Of a stretch of 64,000 nt of DNA, positions 1-11,082 are shown piece by piece (positions within the stretch are counted from its first letter, which is position 1; each line of letters begins with the position of its first letter). The DNA is from an uncultured Chlorobiota bacterium (GTDB lineage Bacteria > Bacteroidota > Bacteroidia > Bacteroidales > JAADGE01): positions 10,801-74,800 of the forward strand of contig CAMZKL010000022.1 in the NCBI GenBank assembly GCA_947311255.1, read 5' to 3'. The position numbers were made by a program, and so were the translations under genes. The notes under the pieces are model-generated. The model searched no databases. It was not told where the DNA came from and was given only the letters and a program-made list of their open reading frames with translations.

Positions 1-282
1 ATTGCAATTGGAATTTCTGGCAGTGGAAATTCTAAAAACGTATTAAAAGCTATAAGTTTTGCAAACAAAAAAAATGCAATAACAATTGGGTTTACCGGAT
101 ACAAAGGAGGAAAACTAAAAACATCAGTAAATCTTTCAATACATGCTCCTGTTATTGATATGGAAGTAACAGAAGATATTCACATGGTAATTTTTCATGC
201 TTTAAAACAACAAATAATTTCAAAATTAAAAGGAAATGAATTTTCAATGGGGAAAAAATATGAAACCAGAATTGCAAACTAA
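1..282 (+). CDS. gmhA: SIS-domain sugar-phosphate isomerase, GmhA-like (sedoheptulose-7-phosphate isomerase); 3' fragment, 5' end outside window
   Basis: Frame 1 is open from base 1 to TAA at 280-282. The translation IAIGISGSGNSKNVLKAISFANKKNAITIGFTGYKGGKL...EDIHMVIFHAL resembles the C-terminal half of GmhA/SIS proteins (SGNS motif). Confidence 0.7.
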   Translation: MAIGISGSGNSKNVLKAISFANKKNAITIGFTGYKGGKLKTSVNLSIHAPVIDMEVTEDIHMVIFHALKQQIISKLKGNEFSMGKKYETRIAN

Positions 283-446
283 AAGTATAATTTTTAATAC
301 AATAAAATCTTATGATAACAAAACAAATATATTAAAACCCATAAAAAAACAATATAATTTTACTATTTTTTTTGTTCTTAATAATTTATTTGTAATTTTG
401 GAAACTTAAAGTATCTATTAAAATACAATTATTATATTCTTAAACT

Positions 447-1325
447 ATGAGAAAACTTATTTATTTAACCTTATTAGTACTTTTAATTCCATCTTTATCA
501 AATGCTCAAAGATGGAAACACGAAAGACTTTCCGTTTATGGAAGTGCTGGAACAAATTTCTTTTTAGGAGACTTGGGAGGTGGTCCAAAAGATGCTTCTC
601 ACTATTTCAGCTTACGCGATATAGACTGGGTATATACAAGACCTGTTGTTCAAGTTGGCATAAGATACAAACTTTTAAGAGATTTAGCAGTTAAACCATT
701 TGTTTCTTATGCAAGATTAAAAGCAGATGACATGAAATCTGAACACATAGGAAGACGTTCCAGAAATTTACATTTCAGAACAAACTTATGGGAAGTTGGT
801 GCACAATTTGAATACTATTTCATAAAAGAAAAACATCTTGGAAGATATACTTTCTCAAGTTACAAAGGGCTTAATAAATTGAGCGCATATGTTGCTATTG
901 GTGGTGGGGGTTTGTATTACAATCCAAAATCAGAAGAAGTTAGAGGAAATAACTCTTGGCAAGAATTAAGGCCTATGATGAACGAAAATAAAGCATACGG
1001 AATGTTTGCAGGGTTTTTCAATGTTGGTTTAGGGCTAAAATACAAACTTGACGAAAGATTTGCAATAGGATTAGACGTATCTAACAGATATACCTCTACT
1101 GATTATCTAGATGATGCAAGTGCTAGTTATACCGGAAAAGATAATGGATTTGCAGACAAACATTTAGTTATAGATTACGATAATGATATAGTAACAGATG
1201 TACATACTTTATATCCTGATGGAAAAGAAGGAAGAGGAGACCCAAGTTATAATGATGCGTATTTATTTTCAGTAATTACAGTTTATTATAAAATTAACAG
1301 TGTATTTAGTATGCCAAAATACTAA
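447..1325 (+). CDS. Outer-membrane beta-barrel protein, DUF6089-like
   Basis: 292-aa ORF with signal peptide MRKLIYLTLLVLLIPSLSNAQ and alternating beta-strand-like pattern. Its position upstream of uppS-bamA matches the synteny I remember for Bacteroidota DUF6089 genes. Confidence 0.7.
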   Translation: MRKLIYLTLLVLLIPSLSNAQRWKHERLSVYGSAGTNFFLGDLGGGPKDASHYFSLRDIDWVYTRPVVQVGIRYKLLRDLAVKPFVSYARLKADDMKSEHIGRRSRNLHFRTNLWEVGAQFEYYFIKEKHLGRYTFSSYKGLNKLSAYVAIGGGGLYYNPKSEEVRGNNSWQELRPMMNENKAYGMFAGFFNVGLGLKYKLDERFAIGLDVSNRYTSTDYLDDASASYTGKDNGFADKHLVIDYDNDIVTDVHTLYPDGKEGRGDPSYNDAYLFSVITVYYKINSVFSMPKY

Positions 1326-1442
1326 AAAAAGTTACAACTTATAATATAATGTTTCAATTTTTACACAATGTTTTTTTATAAAAACAGTTATTGTATAAAA
1401 ATTGAAACATTTTTTTTAATCATTCATTTGAATTGTTTAATT

Positions 1443-2111
1443 GTGAAAAAAAGTTTAATATTTCTATTAATAATATTTTTTACCTTAAATTTAAAATCTC
1501 AAACCCTAAATATAGAGCCCGGTTTTACTTTGGGCACTTCATATTATTTAGGAGACATAAATCATACAAAGCAATTTTATTCGCCCGGCTTAGCTGTTGG
1601 TCTTGCATTCAGAAACAATTTCAACACAAGATATGCTGCAAAATTAAATATTATAAGAGCAGTAATATCCGGAAACGATGCAGATTTCCCAAGTATATAC
1701 CAACAAACCAGAGCTCATTCTTTTGTAAACACTTTATATGAAATAGGTCTTCAAACAGAATTCAATTTTAAAGATTTTAATTCTAGAAAAAGAAAAAGTA
1801 AAACTCCATATATTACTGCCGGTGTTGCATTTGTAATGTCAAATTCTTTTCAATCATTCACTTTTGCTATTCCAATGGGAGTTGGATACAAATATTCGCC
1901 AAGTAAAAAAGTAACTCTAAGTGTCGAATGGGCTTTCAGAAATACAATCTCGGACAATTTAGATCTCCTAGAACCTGCGGACAATCAGGCAAAACAGATT
2001 ACAAAAAAAAGAAACAATGATTGGTACTCTATTCTTGGATTAACACTAACTTACAACTTTCAAAGTGACAAAAAATGGTGCCCTGCATACCAAAAAAAAG
2101 GGGCAAAATAA
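1443..2111 (+). CDS. Outer-membrane beta-barrel protein, second DUF6089-like paralog
   Basis: The ORF is open from 1368. A GTG at 1443 gives VKKSLIFLLIIFFTLNLKSQ, a plausible signal peptide, so the start is uncertain (1368, 1428 or 1443). It shares GD(L/I) and TGxD-like strand motifs with the upstream paralog. Confidence 0.6.
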   Translation: MKKSLIFLLIIFFTLNLKSQTLNIEPGFTLGTSYYLGDINHTKQFYSPGLAVGLAFRNNFNTRYAAKLNIIRAVISGNDADFPSIYQQTRAHSFVNTLYEIGLQTEFNFKDFNSRKRKSKTPYITAGVAFVMSNSFQSFTFAIPMGVGYKYSPSKKVTLSVEWAFRNTISDNLDLLEPADNQAKQITKKRNNDWYSILGLTLTYNFQSDKKWCPAYQKKGAK

Positions 2112-2117
2112 AACCCA

Positions 2118-2870
2118 ATGAATTCAATAAACACAATTAATAAAGATAATTTGCCAAAGCACATTGCCATAATAATGGATGGAAATGGAAGATGGGCAAA
2201 AAAAAGAGGCCAGCAAAGAGTATTTGGACATAAAAATGGAGTTCAATCAGTTAGAAATATTGTTGAAGCAGCAGGTCAAATTGGGATAAAGCACCTAACA
2301 CTATATGCATTTTCTACAGAAAACTGGAAAAGACCAAAAACAGAAGTAAGTGCTTTAATGACATTATTTATTACTGCCGTAAAAAATGAGACTAAAAATC
2401 TCATGAAAAATAATGTGAAATTAAATGCAATTGGAAGTTTAGAAAACCTACCTAAAAGTGTTCAAGAAAACTTAAATAAGATTATTGAAAAAACTAAAAA
2501 TAATACTGGTTTAAATTTAATATTAGCATTAAGTTATAGTTCAAAACAAGAAATTACAAATGCTGTTAAAAATATTTCTTCTGATATTCAAAAAGGAAAA
2601 ATTTCAATTAACGATATAACAGAAGAATTAATTTCGAACAATCTTCAAACAAAAGGAATTCCAAACCCAGAATTATTAATACGAACAAGTGGAGAAAACA
2701 GAATTAGCAACTTTCTTCTATGGCAAATATCCTATTCTGAACTTTATTTCTCAGAAGTATTATGGCCAGATTTTTCAAAAGAACATTTTTTTGAAGCAAT
2801 ATTGGAATACCAAAAAAGAGAAAGAAGATTTGGAAAAACAGGAGAACAATTAAAAGAAGATAAATCATAA
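2118..2870 (+). CDS. uppS: Undecaprenyl-diphosphate synthase (isoprenyl transferase)
   Basis: Motifs HIAIIMDGNGRWAKKRG, FSTENWKRP and IRTSGENRISNFLLWQ are diagnostic of cis-prenyltransferase UppS. Confidence 0.95.
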   Translation: MNSINTINKDNLPKHIAIIMDGNGRWAKKRGQQRVFGHKNGVQSVRNIVEAAGQIGIKHLTLYAFSTENWKRPKTEVSALMTLFITAVKNETKNLMKNNVKLNAIGSLENLPKSVQENLNKIIEKTKNNTGLNLILALSYSSKQEITNAVKNISSDIQKGKISINDITEELISNNLQTKGIPNPELLIRTSGENRISNFLLWQISYSELYFSEVLWPDFSKEHFFEAILEYQKRERRFGKTGEQLKEDKS

Positions 2871-2922
2871 CAATTTCCTTACATTTAGATTGAATTTCAA
2901 TTCTCAAATTGAAAACAAATAT

Positions 2923-2930
2923 TATCTTTG
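2923..2930 (+). promoter_or_regulatory. -7 promoter box (TATCTTTG) upstream of bamA
   Basis: Exact TAnnTTTG match, ending 77 nt upstream of the bamA ATG. Confidence 0.45.
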
Positions 2931-3007
2931 CAAAAATTAATTTAAAGTGTAACATTTGTCAGTTTAATCCGTTTTAAAACAGACACAGAATTTAAAGCAA
3001 AAACCTA

Positions 3008-5470
3008 ATGATTAAAAAAATAATCCTTTCAATACTTTTTATTTCATTTATACAAATAACCTTTAGCCAAGTTGATATAGATTACGAAAATCCACAAGAA
3101 TATGAAATTGCAGGAATTCAAACAAGAGGAATAAGATATCTTGACAGAACAGCATTAATTCAGGTATCTGGATTAACCGTTGGAAAGAAAATTTTAATTC
3201 CAGGTGATGACATTACAAATGCAGTTAAAAAAATGTGGGAGCAAAATATGTTTTCTGATGTTCAAATTAATAAATTAAAAACCGAAGGTAATAAAATTTG
3301 GCTTGAAATTTATCTTGAAGAAAGACCAAGACTTTCGGAAGTAAAATATTTTGGAATTAGAAATTCTGACCAAGAAGAACTTAATGAGAAATTAGATTTA
3401 ATAAAAGGAAGGAAAATTACTGAAAACACATTAGTTTTATCTAAAAATATAATTAAAGATTTTTATGCTGAAAAAGGTTTTTCAAGAACCAAAGTTAAAA
3501 TATACAAAAAACAAGATACAAGCTATCAAAATGCAATTTCTTTAAACATTTATATTAACAAAAATAAAAAAACACGTATCCAAAACTTAACAATTGAAGG
3601 AAATACAGTTTTCAAAACCCGGAAAATTAAATGGCGTAAAATTAAAGACACAAAAGAACGAAGATGGTACGGACTTTTTAAACCCTCTAAATATATTAAA
3701 AGCACTTACGAAGCTGACAAGAAAAATTTAATTGCTGAATACAACAAAGAAGGATATCGAGATGCAAAAATTATCAAAGATTCTGTTTCAAACAACGGCA
3801 AACATGTTAATATTTACATAAAAATAGATGAAGGAAAACAATATTTTTTTAGGAACATTAAATGGGTAGGAAATAAAAAATACGAAACTGAACTTCTTAA
3901 TAAAAGATTACACATTAAAAGAGGAGATGTTTACGACAAAGAAAAACTTAACAACAGATTAACAGTTGATGAAGATGCAGTAGGAAATTTATATATGGAT
4001 AACGGATACTTATTCTTTAATGTTAGAGCAGTTGAAAAGAAAATAGATAACGATTCTGTTGATTTAGAATTAAGAATGTATGAAGGTCCTAAGGCAAAAA
4101 TAAACAAAATTACAATTAAAGGAAATGACAGAACTAACGACAATGTTATAAGACGTGAACTTTACACAGTACCCGGAGAACTTTTTAGTAAAAGTGACAT
4201 AATTCGTTCAATCAGAGAATTAGCTACTCTCGGACATTTTGACCCCGAACAAATTGTTCCAACTCCACTACCAAACCAAGCAAATGGAACAGTTGACATT
4301 GAATATTCTCTTGTTGAAAGAGGAAATGACAGAGTAGAAATATCTGGAGGATGGGGAGCAGGAATGCTTGTCGGTCGACTGGGGCTTTCTTTTAACAACT
4401 TTTCAATTCAAAATGTATTTGAAAAGAAATCTTGGAGACCTTTACCCACAGGAGATGGTCAAAAACTCAGCATTAGTGCTCAAACAAATGGAGCAGCATA
4501 TCAATTTTACAGTGTTTCTTTCCAAGAACCTTGGTTAGGAGGAAAAAAGCCAAACTCTCTTTCTGTATCTTTTTATTATAATATTCAAACAAACAGGTCT
4601 ATATATAACCCCAATCCTGTTGAACTTCAAACAGCTAAAGTTTTAGGTTCTACTGTTGGATTTGGAAGAAGATTAAAATGGCCAGATAACTATTTCACAT
4701 TATATCATTCCATTGGATACCAAAATTATAACTTAAGCGATTGGAGATATCGTTCCTACATAAAAAACGTTACCGACGGAAGATTTAACAGTTTGAATTT
4801 CAGCACCACATTTGCAAGAAATTCAGTTGACAATCCATTATATTCAAGAAGAGGTTCTAACTTCTCAATAGGAGTTGAATTTACTCCTCCATACTCATAT
4901 TTAAACGGAAAAGACTATTCAAAAATAAGTACGGAAGAAAAATACAAATGGATAGAATATCATAAATGGACATTTAAAGGACAATGGTTTACCCAATTAA
5001 TTGGAGACCTTGTTTTTCATACAAAAACAGAATTCGGTTCTATAGGTTTTTACAATAAAAAAGTTGGATATTCTCCTCTTGGAGGTTATAGCCTTGGAGG
5101 TAGTGGAATGTCATACTATTCTTATGGAGTTGATGTTGTTGCTCTTAGAGGATATAAAGATGGAGCTCTTACCCCTCAAAAAGGAGCAAATATTTACACT
5201 AAATACACCATGGAACTGAGATACCCTGTTGTTTTAGGAGAAAGTGCAACAATTTTCGGATTAATATATACTGAAGCTGGGAACTCATGGTATAATACCC
5301 AAACTTTTAATCCTTTTAATGTTAAACGTTCGGCAGGAGCTGGTGTTAGAATTTTCTTACCAATGTTAGGGCAGTTAGGATTTGATTGGGGTTGGGGATT
5401 TGATAACCAACCAGGCGAAACAGGCCCTCACGGAAGTGAATTCCATTTTACGATGGGACAACAATTTTAA
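3008..5470 (+). CDS. bamA: Outer membrane protein assembly factor BamA
   Basis: 820 aa with a signal peptide, repeated POTRA-like units, a C-terminal Omp85 barrel and terminal GQQF. It sits in the uppS-bamA-skp synteny. Confidence 0.93.
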   Translation: MIKKIILSILFISFIQITFSQVDIDYENPQEYEIAGIQTRGIRYLDRTALIQVSGLTVGKKILIPGDDITNAVKKMWEQNMFSDVQINKLKTEGNKIWLEIYLEERPRLSEVKYFGIRNSDQEELNEKLDLIKGRKITENTLVLSKNIIKDFYAEKGFSRTKVKIYKKQDTSYQNAISLNIYINKNKKTRIQNLTIEGNTVFKTRKIKWRKIKDTKERRWYGLFKPSKYIKSTYEADKKNLIAEYNKEGYRDAKIIKDSVSNNGKHVNIYIKIDEGKQYFFRNIKWVGNKKYETELLNKRLHIKRGDVYDKEKLNNRLTVDEDAVGNLYMDNGYLFFNVRAVEKKIDNDSVDLELRMYEGPKAKINKITIKGNDRTNDNVIRRELYTVPGELFSKSDIIRSIRELATLGHFDPEQIVPTPLPNQANGTVDIEYSLVERGNDRVEISGGWGAGMLVGRLGLSFNNFSIQNVFEKKSWRPLPTGDGQKLSISAQTNGAAYQFYSVSFQEPWLGGKKPNSLSVSFYYNIQTNRSIYNPNPVELQTAKVLGSTVGFGRRLKWPDNYFTLYHSIGYQNYNLSDWRYRSYIKNVTDGRFNSLNFSTTFARNSVDNPLYSRRGSNFSIGVEFTPPYSYLNGKDYSKISTEEKYKWIEYHKWTFKGQWFTQLIGDLVFHTKTEFGSIGFYNKKVGYSPLGGYSLGGSGMSYYSYGVDVVALRGYKDGALTPQKGANIYTKYTMELRYPVVLGESATIFGLIYTEAGNSWYNTQTFNPFNVKRSAGAGVRIFLPMLGQLGFDWGWGFDNQPGETGPHGSEFHFTMGQQF

Positions 5471-5489
5471 TAAATTTTTACTTAAAAAA

Positions 5490-5497
5490 TATATTTG
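5490..5497 (+). promoter_or_regulatory. -7 promoter box (TATATTTG) upstream of skp
   Basis: Exact TAnnTTTG match, ending 84 nt upstream of the first skp ATG. Confidence 0.45.
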
Positions 5498-5581
5498 CAC
5501 CATTTTTGCATAATAAGTTAACAAACAAAGTCAAATACACGATACAAGGTGTAAGTTATTAATTATTAAAATCTTAGAAAA

Positions 5582-6094
5582 ATGAAAAAATCAATCGTAT
5601 CATTGTTGTTAATCGGTTTATTTGCTATTCCAACATTTGCACAAAAAAATGCTTATGTTGATACAGAATATATTTTAAGCAAAATTCCAGCATATGAAAA
5701 TGCTCAAACTAAATTAGACGGATTATCACAAGACTGGAAAAAAGAAGTTGAAAACAAATACAAACAAGTTGAAGAAAAATACAAAGAATTTCAAACTGAA
5801 ATTGCTCTTTTATCAGCAGAAATGAAGAAAAAAAGAGAAGATGAAATTATTAGATTAGAAACTGAAGCTAACCAATTAAAAGACAAATATTTTGGAAATG
5901 AAGGTGAACTTTATACTAAAAGACAAGAACTAGTTAAACCCATTCAAGATGAAGTTTATAATGCAATTAAAGAAATTGCAACCGAAGGAAACTACGGATT
6001 TATTTTTGATAAAGCTGCAAATATGTCTATGATATATACAGACCCAAGATATGACATAAGTGATGATATCCTTAAAAAACTTGGATACAATTAA
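5582..6094 (+). CDS. skp: OmpH/Skp family periplasmic chaperone
   Basis: 170 aa with signal peptide ending FAQ, a coiled-coil K/E-rich core and the typical position after bamA. Confidence 0.85.
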   Translation: MKKSIVSLLLIGLFAIPTFAQKNAYVDTEYILSKIPAYENAQTKLDGLSQDWKKEVENKYKQVEEKYKEFQTEIALLSAEMKKKREDEIIRLETEANQLKDKYFGNEGELYTKRQELVKPIQDEVYNAIKEIATEGNYGFIFDKAANMSMIYTDPRYDISDDILKKLGYN

Positions 6095-6142
6095 AAATCA
6101 CTTAAAAAAGAAAATTATTATTTTAAAAACTAAATAACAAAA

Positions 6143-6676
6143 ATGAAAAATTTATTAAAATTAAGCGTTGTAATTTTTCTACTTACAGCAATTACATCAA
6201 CAACTTCTGCACAAAAATATAAATTTGGGCACACAAATTCTCAGAAATTGGTTGACGAAATGCCTGAAACAAAAAATGCGAGAACAGAACTTGAAGCATT
6301 AACAAAAAAATACACAACACGTTTTCAGGAAATGCAAGTAGAATATGAAAACAAATATAAAGAATTTGTTGAAAATGAGCAACTTGCGGCTGCAAGCTCC
6401 GAAAAATGGGATGAGCTTACAAAAGAAGACAAACAAGCTGAAATAATGGGATTACAACAAAGACTTCAATCATACGAGGGAAATGTGCAACAAAAAATAA
6501 ATGCTAAACAAGTTGAGCTTCTTACTCCAATTACAGAAAAAGTTCAAAAAGCAATAAAAGATGTCGCAAAAGAAGGAGGATTTACATATATATTTGATGA
6601 GTCATCTTTACTTTATTTCTCAAAAGAACAAAGTATTGATGTTACTTCTTTGATAAAAGCTAAATTAGTAAAATAA
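6143..6676 (+). CDS. skp: OmpH/Skp family periplasmic chaperone (second copy)
   Basis: 177 aa with a signal peptide and a coiled-coil core. It is a tandem paralog of the preceding gene. Confidence 0.85.
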   Translation: MKNLLKLSVVIFLLTAITSTTSAQKYKFGHTNSQKLVDEMPETKNARTELEALTKKYTTRFQEMQVEYENKYKEFVENEQLAAASSEKWDELTKEDKQAEIMGLQQRLQSYEGNVQQKINAKQVELLTPITEKVQKAIKDVAKEGGFTYIFDESSLLYFSKEQSIDVTSLIKAKLVK

Positions 6677-6700
6677 AACTAATTACATCAAAAACATTTT

Positions 6701-6745
6701 AAACCTGCATAGTCAAATTATGAAAATGCAGGTTTAATATTTTAT
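6701..6745 (+). terminator. Rho-independent terminator after the second skp gene
   Basis: AAACCTGCAT (6701-10) pairs with ATGCAGGTTT (6726-35), followed by AATATTTT. Confidence 0.6.
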
Positions 6746-6759
6746 AAGTTTCAACACAA

Positions 6760-7584
6760 ATGGAAAATTTAAAACCAAATCAACCAATAGGAATTTTTGA
6801 TTCAGGTGCTGGAGGATTAACAGTAGCATCTGCTGTTAAAAACTTACTGCCAGAAGAAAAAATTATTTATTTTGGAGATACGGCACATCTTCCATATGGA
6901 GACAAATCTACTGAAACAGTAAAAAACTACTCTTTAAGAATAACAGATTTTCTATTAGAAAAAAAATGTAAGATTATTTTAATTGCTTGCAACACTGCAT
7001 CTGCAGCAGCATTCGAAGCGGTAAAAGAAAAAGCTAAGGGAAAAGCTATTGTTTTAAATGTTATTGACCCTGCAACTAAGTATGTTGCAAACGAAACTTC
7101 ACTAAAAAAAGTTGGAGTTATTGGAACAAAAGGAACAATTCAAAGTGGAACATATACCAAGAAAATAAAATCTATCCAAAAAAATAAGGAAGTAGTTTCT
7201 CTACAAACACCATTATTGGTTCCAATGATTGAAGAGGGTTTTATCTATGACAATATCAGCAACTCTATAATAAAACAATACCTTTCAAATGAGAAACTTA
7301 AAGATATTGACGGGCTTATTCTTGCTTGTACGCACTACCCTATTATTAAAAATCAAATTAGAAAATACTACAATTTTAAAACAACTATTATTGATTCTTC
7401 TGTAGTTGTGGCTCAAGAATTAAAGAAGTTACTTTCTGAAAATAATCTTTTAAATTCTGAAAACAAAATGCCGGAACACGAGTTTTTTATTTCAGATTAT
7501 ACAGACTTTTTTAAAACTCTTGCAGAAATGTTTTTTGATTCTGAAATAAATCTTCAAAAGAAATATTTAGAAAATAAAATCTAA
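6760..7584 (+). CDS. murI: Glutamate racemase
   Basis: Motifs GIFDSGAGGLTV, LIACNTASA and LACTHYP include the two catalytic Cys motifs of MurI. Confidence 0.95.
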   Translation: MENLKPNQPIGIFDSGAGGLTVASAVKNLLPEEKIIYFGDTAHLPYGDKSTETVKNYSLRITDFLLEKKCKIILIACNTASAAAFEAVKEKAKGKAIVLNVIDPATKYVANETSLKKVGVIGTKGTIQSGTYTKKIKSIQKNKEVVSLQTPLLVPMIEEGFIYDNISNSIIKQYLSNEKLKDIDGLILACTHYPIIKNQIRKYYNFKTTIIDSSVVVAQELKKLLSENNLLNSENKMPEHEFFISDYTDFFKTLAEMFFDSEINLQKKYLENKI

Positions 7585-7674
7585 ATTACTCACTTACAAT
7601 CTAATAAAACTATTTTATTAAAATCTCTTGAAACTCATATTTTAAAATGTGTTATTTTAAGGGTTTATGAAGAA

Positions 7675-10600
7675 TTAGGACAAACGCTTACTTTTCTCAA
7701 AATATAATTTAGCTTTATTTCCCATAACATACATAACCGGAACCATTATCAAAGTAAGAAATGTTGCAAATGACAACCCAAAAATTACTGTCCAAGCCAT
7801 TGGTCCCCAAAAGTCGGCATTATCACCACCAAAATATATATTTGGAGAAAAATCACGCAACAGCCCTGCAAAATCAATATTAAAACCTGTAGCCATTGGA
7901 ATAAGTCCTAAAATTGTAGTTATTGCAGTTAGTAGAACGGGTCTTAATCTTGTTTGTCCACCTTTAATTATTACACTAACAATTTCATCAAAAGGTAAGT
8001 TTTCATCTTCTTCAAGCCCTAATTCACGTTTTTTAATTTTCTTTAAGTAATCAATATAGTCAATAAGCACAATGCCATTGTTTACGACAATTCCTGCCAA
8101 AGAAATTATTCCTACGCCAGACATTATAATAACAAAATCCATTTTAAATGTGGCAATTCCTCCAAAAACGCCTATTGTACTAAAAATTACTGTTGCAATT
8201 ATAATAAATGGTTTTATAACTGAATTAAATTGTGTAACCAAAATCAAAATAATTAAGGCTACTGCAATTAACATTGCTTTCATCATAAAATCTGATGTCT
8301 CTTTTTGCTCTTCTTGCTCTCCTGTCAGTTCATATTTGTAGCCGTCTTTAAATTCAAAATTATCTAATATTTTCCTAATTTTATTATTTATTTCTGTCCC
8401 ATTTGCTCCTTCAATTATGTTTGATTGTAAACTTACAACTCTCTTATTATCAATACGTTTTATGGCACTAAAAGAAGTTGTATATTCAAAACTTGCAACT
8501 GCTGAAACCGGGATATGTAACATTTTCCCATTTGACGGATTTCTGAAACTAATTATTTGATTTAAAAGTGTTGAAATATTATTTCTAAACTCTGGTGCAA
8601 GTTGAATTTGAATGGGATATTCTTCATCTCCAATTTTAAGATCTGAAACTTCTTTTCCAAAAAGTGCTGTTCTTATTGTTGATGCAATTTGTCCGGTTGC
8701 CATTCCGAAACGTCTTGCATTTTCTCTGTCAATTTTTATAATTAGCTCGGGTTTACCTACATCTAAATCTGCTTTAAGTCCTTCAATCCCAGATATTTTT
8801 GCACTAGTTAAAATTTGTTTTATTGTATCTGTATAAACTAAAATTTGTTCAAAATCGTCTCCTGAAATTTCAATATTAATAGGTTTGCCAGTTGGAGGTC
8901 CCATTTTATTTTTTTCAACAGAAATTATTACTCCTGGATATTTTCCAATTAGCGAATCGCTAACAACTCGCATTAAATCTGATGTGTTTTTACCTTGTCT
9001 AAATTCAAAATCAACAAAATTTACTGTTGTAATTGATTTATGTGGTGTATTTCCTATTGATTTTTCATTTTGCCCAATTGCTCCTTTTCCAACTACTGTT
9101 ACCATGGATTCTACAAGTCCTAATTTGTTATATCCTTCGTTATCAATAATTTTTGCAATATCTTTCTCTACAATTTTTGCAATACTATCGCTGGCTGTAA
9201 TGTCTGCACCAATAGGAAGTTCAGCTTTTACCATAAAGAATTGAGGTTCATTAATTGGAAAAAGATTGACTTGTGGTTTTCTTATCTTCATAAACTGAAT
9301 TGTTAAAACCATTAAAACAATTGTTCCTATAAAAAAAAGAGTTGGTCGTTTGCCTTTTAATGCAAATTTTAAAAAATTAAGATAAAGGTTTTCAAGTTTA
9401 ACTAAAAAAACTTCTTGAAACCAAATTGAAATTCCAAAAAATACATAGAAGTTTAATATTGTTACAAATGCAACAACAAGAAGCAGACTTGCAAATATCT
9501 TAAAATCAGCAATATAAAACCCAGCTGCAAGAAGAAGCAAAGTTCCTGCAATAATTAGAGTTCTTTTTTGAGGAGGTTTTTCGCCCCCTGTTGATTTAAA
9601 AATTAAAGTAATTGCAGGTATTAAAACAAGTGCTACAAATAGAGATGATGATAAGACAATAATTAAAGTTTTTGGTAGAAAACTCATAAATGAGCCCATC
9701 ATTCCTGGCCAAAAAAGTAGTGGGATAAATGCTGCCAGTGTAGTTGCTGTTGATGCAATTATAGGCCATGCTATTTCGCCAACACCTAACCTTGCAGCCT
9801 CAAAAGCAGAATGTCCTTGTTGCCTGAAACGATATATGTTTTCTACTGCAACTATACCATTATCTACAAGCATACCAAGTGCTAGAATTAACCCAAAAAG
9901 AACAATCATGTTTATAGTAGAACCTATTGCACCCAAGACCACAAACGATATAAACATTGACATTGGTATTGCAAAGCCAACAAACATGGCATTTCGTGTT
10001 CCAAGAAAGAAAAAGAGAACAAACATTACGAACAGCACTCCCATTATTATGCTGTTTTCAAGATTAACAATCATTTTCCGGACCTTATCGGATTGGTCAT
10101 TCGTAACAGTTATAACAAGATTTTTAGGAAATACTTTCTCTTTTGCATTTTCAAGTATTTTATTAATTTTGTCGGAAGCTCGTATTAAATTTTCTCCTCC
10201 TTTTTTTATAATTTGAAGTGTTACAACAGTTTCTTTATTTAATCTGGCAACGCTTTGCATATCTTTGTATCCATCAACAACTTTTCCGTCTTTTATAACA
10301 TCTCTTAAATATACAATATTTCCTTTTTCACTTTTTACAATTATATCATTTAGTTCCGAAACTTTTTGAAACTCACCGTCTGTTCGAACAGAGCGACGTG
10401 TACCACTAATAACAATATCTCCACCGGAAACACTCATATTTTCAAAAGCAATTGCATTTTCAATATCTTTAAATGTAACAAAATGAGCGTCCATTTTCTG
10501 TTTGTCGATATTAACACGTATTAATTTATCTTCTACACCTGTAATATTTACTTTTGAGATTTCGTTTAGATCCTCAATTTTTTCTTCAAGATATTCGGCA

Positions 10601-11082
10601 TATTTTTTTAATTCATCTGTTGAAAAATCTCCTGAAAGATTTATGTTTATAACAGGAAATTCTGATGGGTCAAGATCAATAACTACCGGGTCTGCTGGCA
10701 AATCATCTGGTAATTCGGCATTTGCTCTGTCCACAGCATCTTTAACATCTTGAAGTGCATTTTTTATGTTTACATCTGAGTTAAAATCAAGCATTATCAT
10801 AGATACATCTTGTGAAGATGTTGAACTCATATTCTTAATTCCATCCACCGTAAACACCTCTTTTTCAATGGGTTTAGTAACTAAACTTTCTATATCATTT
10901 GGGGCATTCCCAGGATATACGGTTTGTATCATTATCATAGGTAGGGCAACTTCTGGAAACATTTCCTTTGGCAAACCAGCGTATGTAAAAATTCCTGTTA
11001 CTGCTAAAATAAAGATTAAAAGATATACTGTAATCTTATTTTTAAGTGATGCTGTTGTTATTTTAAAATCTCTTAATTGCAT
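7675..11082 (-). CDS. RND (AcrB/HAE1-type) efflux transporter permease
   Basis: 1135 aa with a 12-TM architecture and two large periplasmic loops. It is the last gene of a tetR-tolC-MFP-RND operon. Confidence 0.92.
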   Translation of the reverse strand: MQLRDFKITTASLKNKITVYLLIFILAVTGIFTYAGLPKEMFPEVALPMIMIQTVYPGNAPNDIESLVTKPIEKEVFTVDGIKNMSSTSSQDVSMIMLDFNSDVNIKNALQDVKDAVDRANAELPDDLPADPVVIDLDPSEFPVININLSGDFSTDELKKYAEYLEEKIEDLNEISKVNITGVEDKLIRVNIDKQKMDAHFVTFKDIENAIAFENMSVSGGDIVISGTRRSVRTDGEFQKVSELNDIIVKSEKGNIVYLRDVIKDGKVVDGYKDMQSVARLNKETVVTLQIIKKGGENLIRASDKINKILENAKEKVFPKNLVITVTNDQSDKVRKMIVNLENSIIMGVLFVMFVLFFFLGTRNAMFVGFAIPMSMFISFVVLGAIGSTINMIVLFGLILALGMLVDNGIVAVENIYRFRQQGHSAFEAARLGVGEIAWPIIASTATTLAAFIPLLFWPGMMGSFMSFLPKTLIIVLSSSLFVALVLIPAITLIFKSTGGEKPPQKRTLIIAGTLLLLAAGFYIADFKIFASLLLVVAFVTILNFYVFFGISIWFQEVFLVKLENLYLNFLKFALKGKRPTLFFIGTIVLMVLTIQFMKIRKPQVNLFPINEPQFFMVKAELPIGADITASDSIAKIVEKDIAKIIDNEGYNKLGLVESMVTVVGKGAIGQNEKSIGNTPHKSITTVNFVDFEFRQGKNTSDLMRVVSDSLIGKYPGVIISVEKNKMGPPTGKPINIEISGDDFEQILVYTDTIKQILTSAKISGIEGLKADLDVGKPELIIKIDRENARRFGMATGQIASTIRTALFGKEVSDLKIGDEEYPIQIQLAPEFRNNISTLLNQIISFRNPSNGKMLHIPVSAVASFEYTTSFSAIKRIDNKRVVSLQSNIIEGANGTEINNKIRKILDNFEFKDGYKYELTGEQEEQKETSDFMMKAMLIAVALIILILVTQFNSVIKPFIIIATVIFSTIGVFGGIATFKMDFVIIMSGVGIISLAGIVVNNGIVLIDYIDYLKKIKKRELGLEEDENLPFDEIVSVIIKGGQTRLRPVLLTAITTILGLIPMATGFNIDFAGLLRDFSPNIYFGGDNADFWGPMAWTVIFGLSFATFLTLIMVPVMYVMGNKAKLYFEKSKRLS

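Noticed and set aside
512-1741. Alternative-frame ORFs 512-694 and 1433-1741 overlapping the two DUF6089-like genes on the same strand.
   Set aside because: They are embedded out of frame in longer ORFs that have proper signal peptides and barrel-like sequence. Their own translations are basic and low-complexity.
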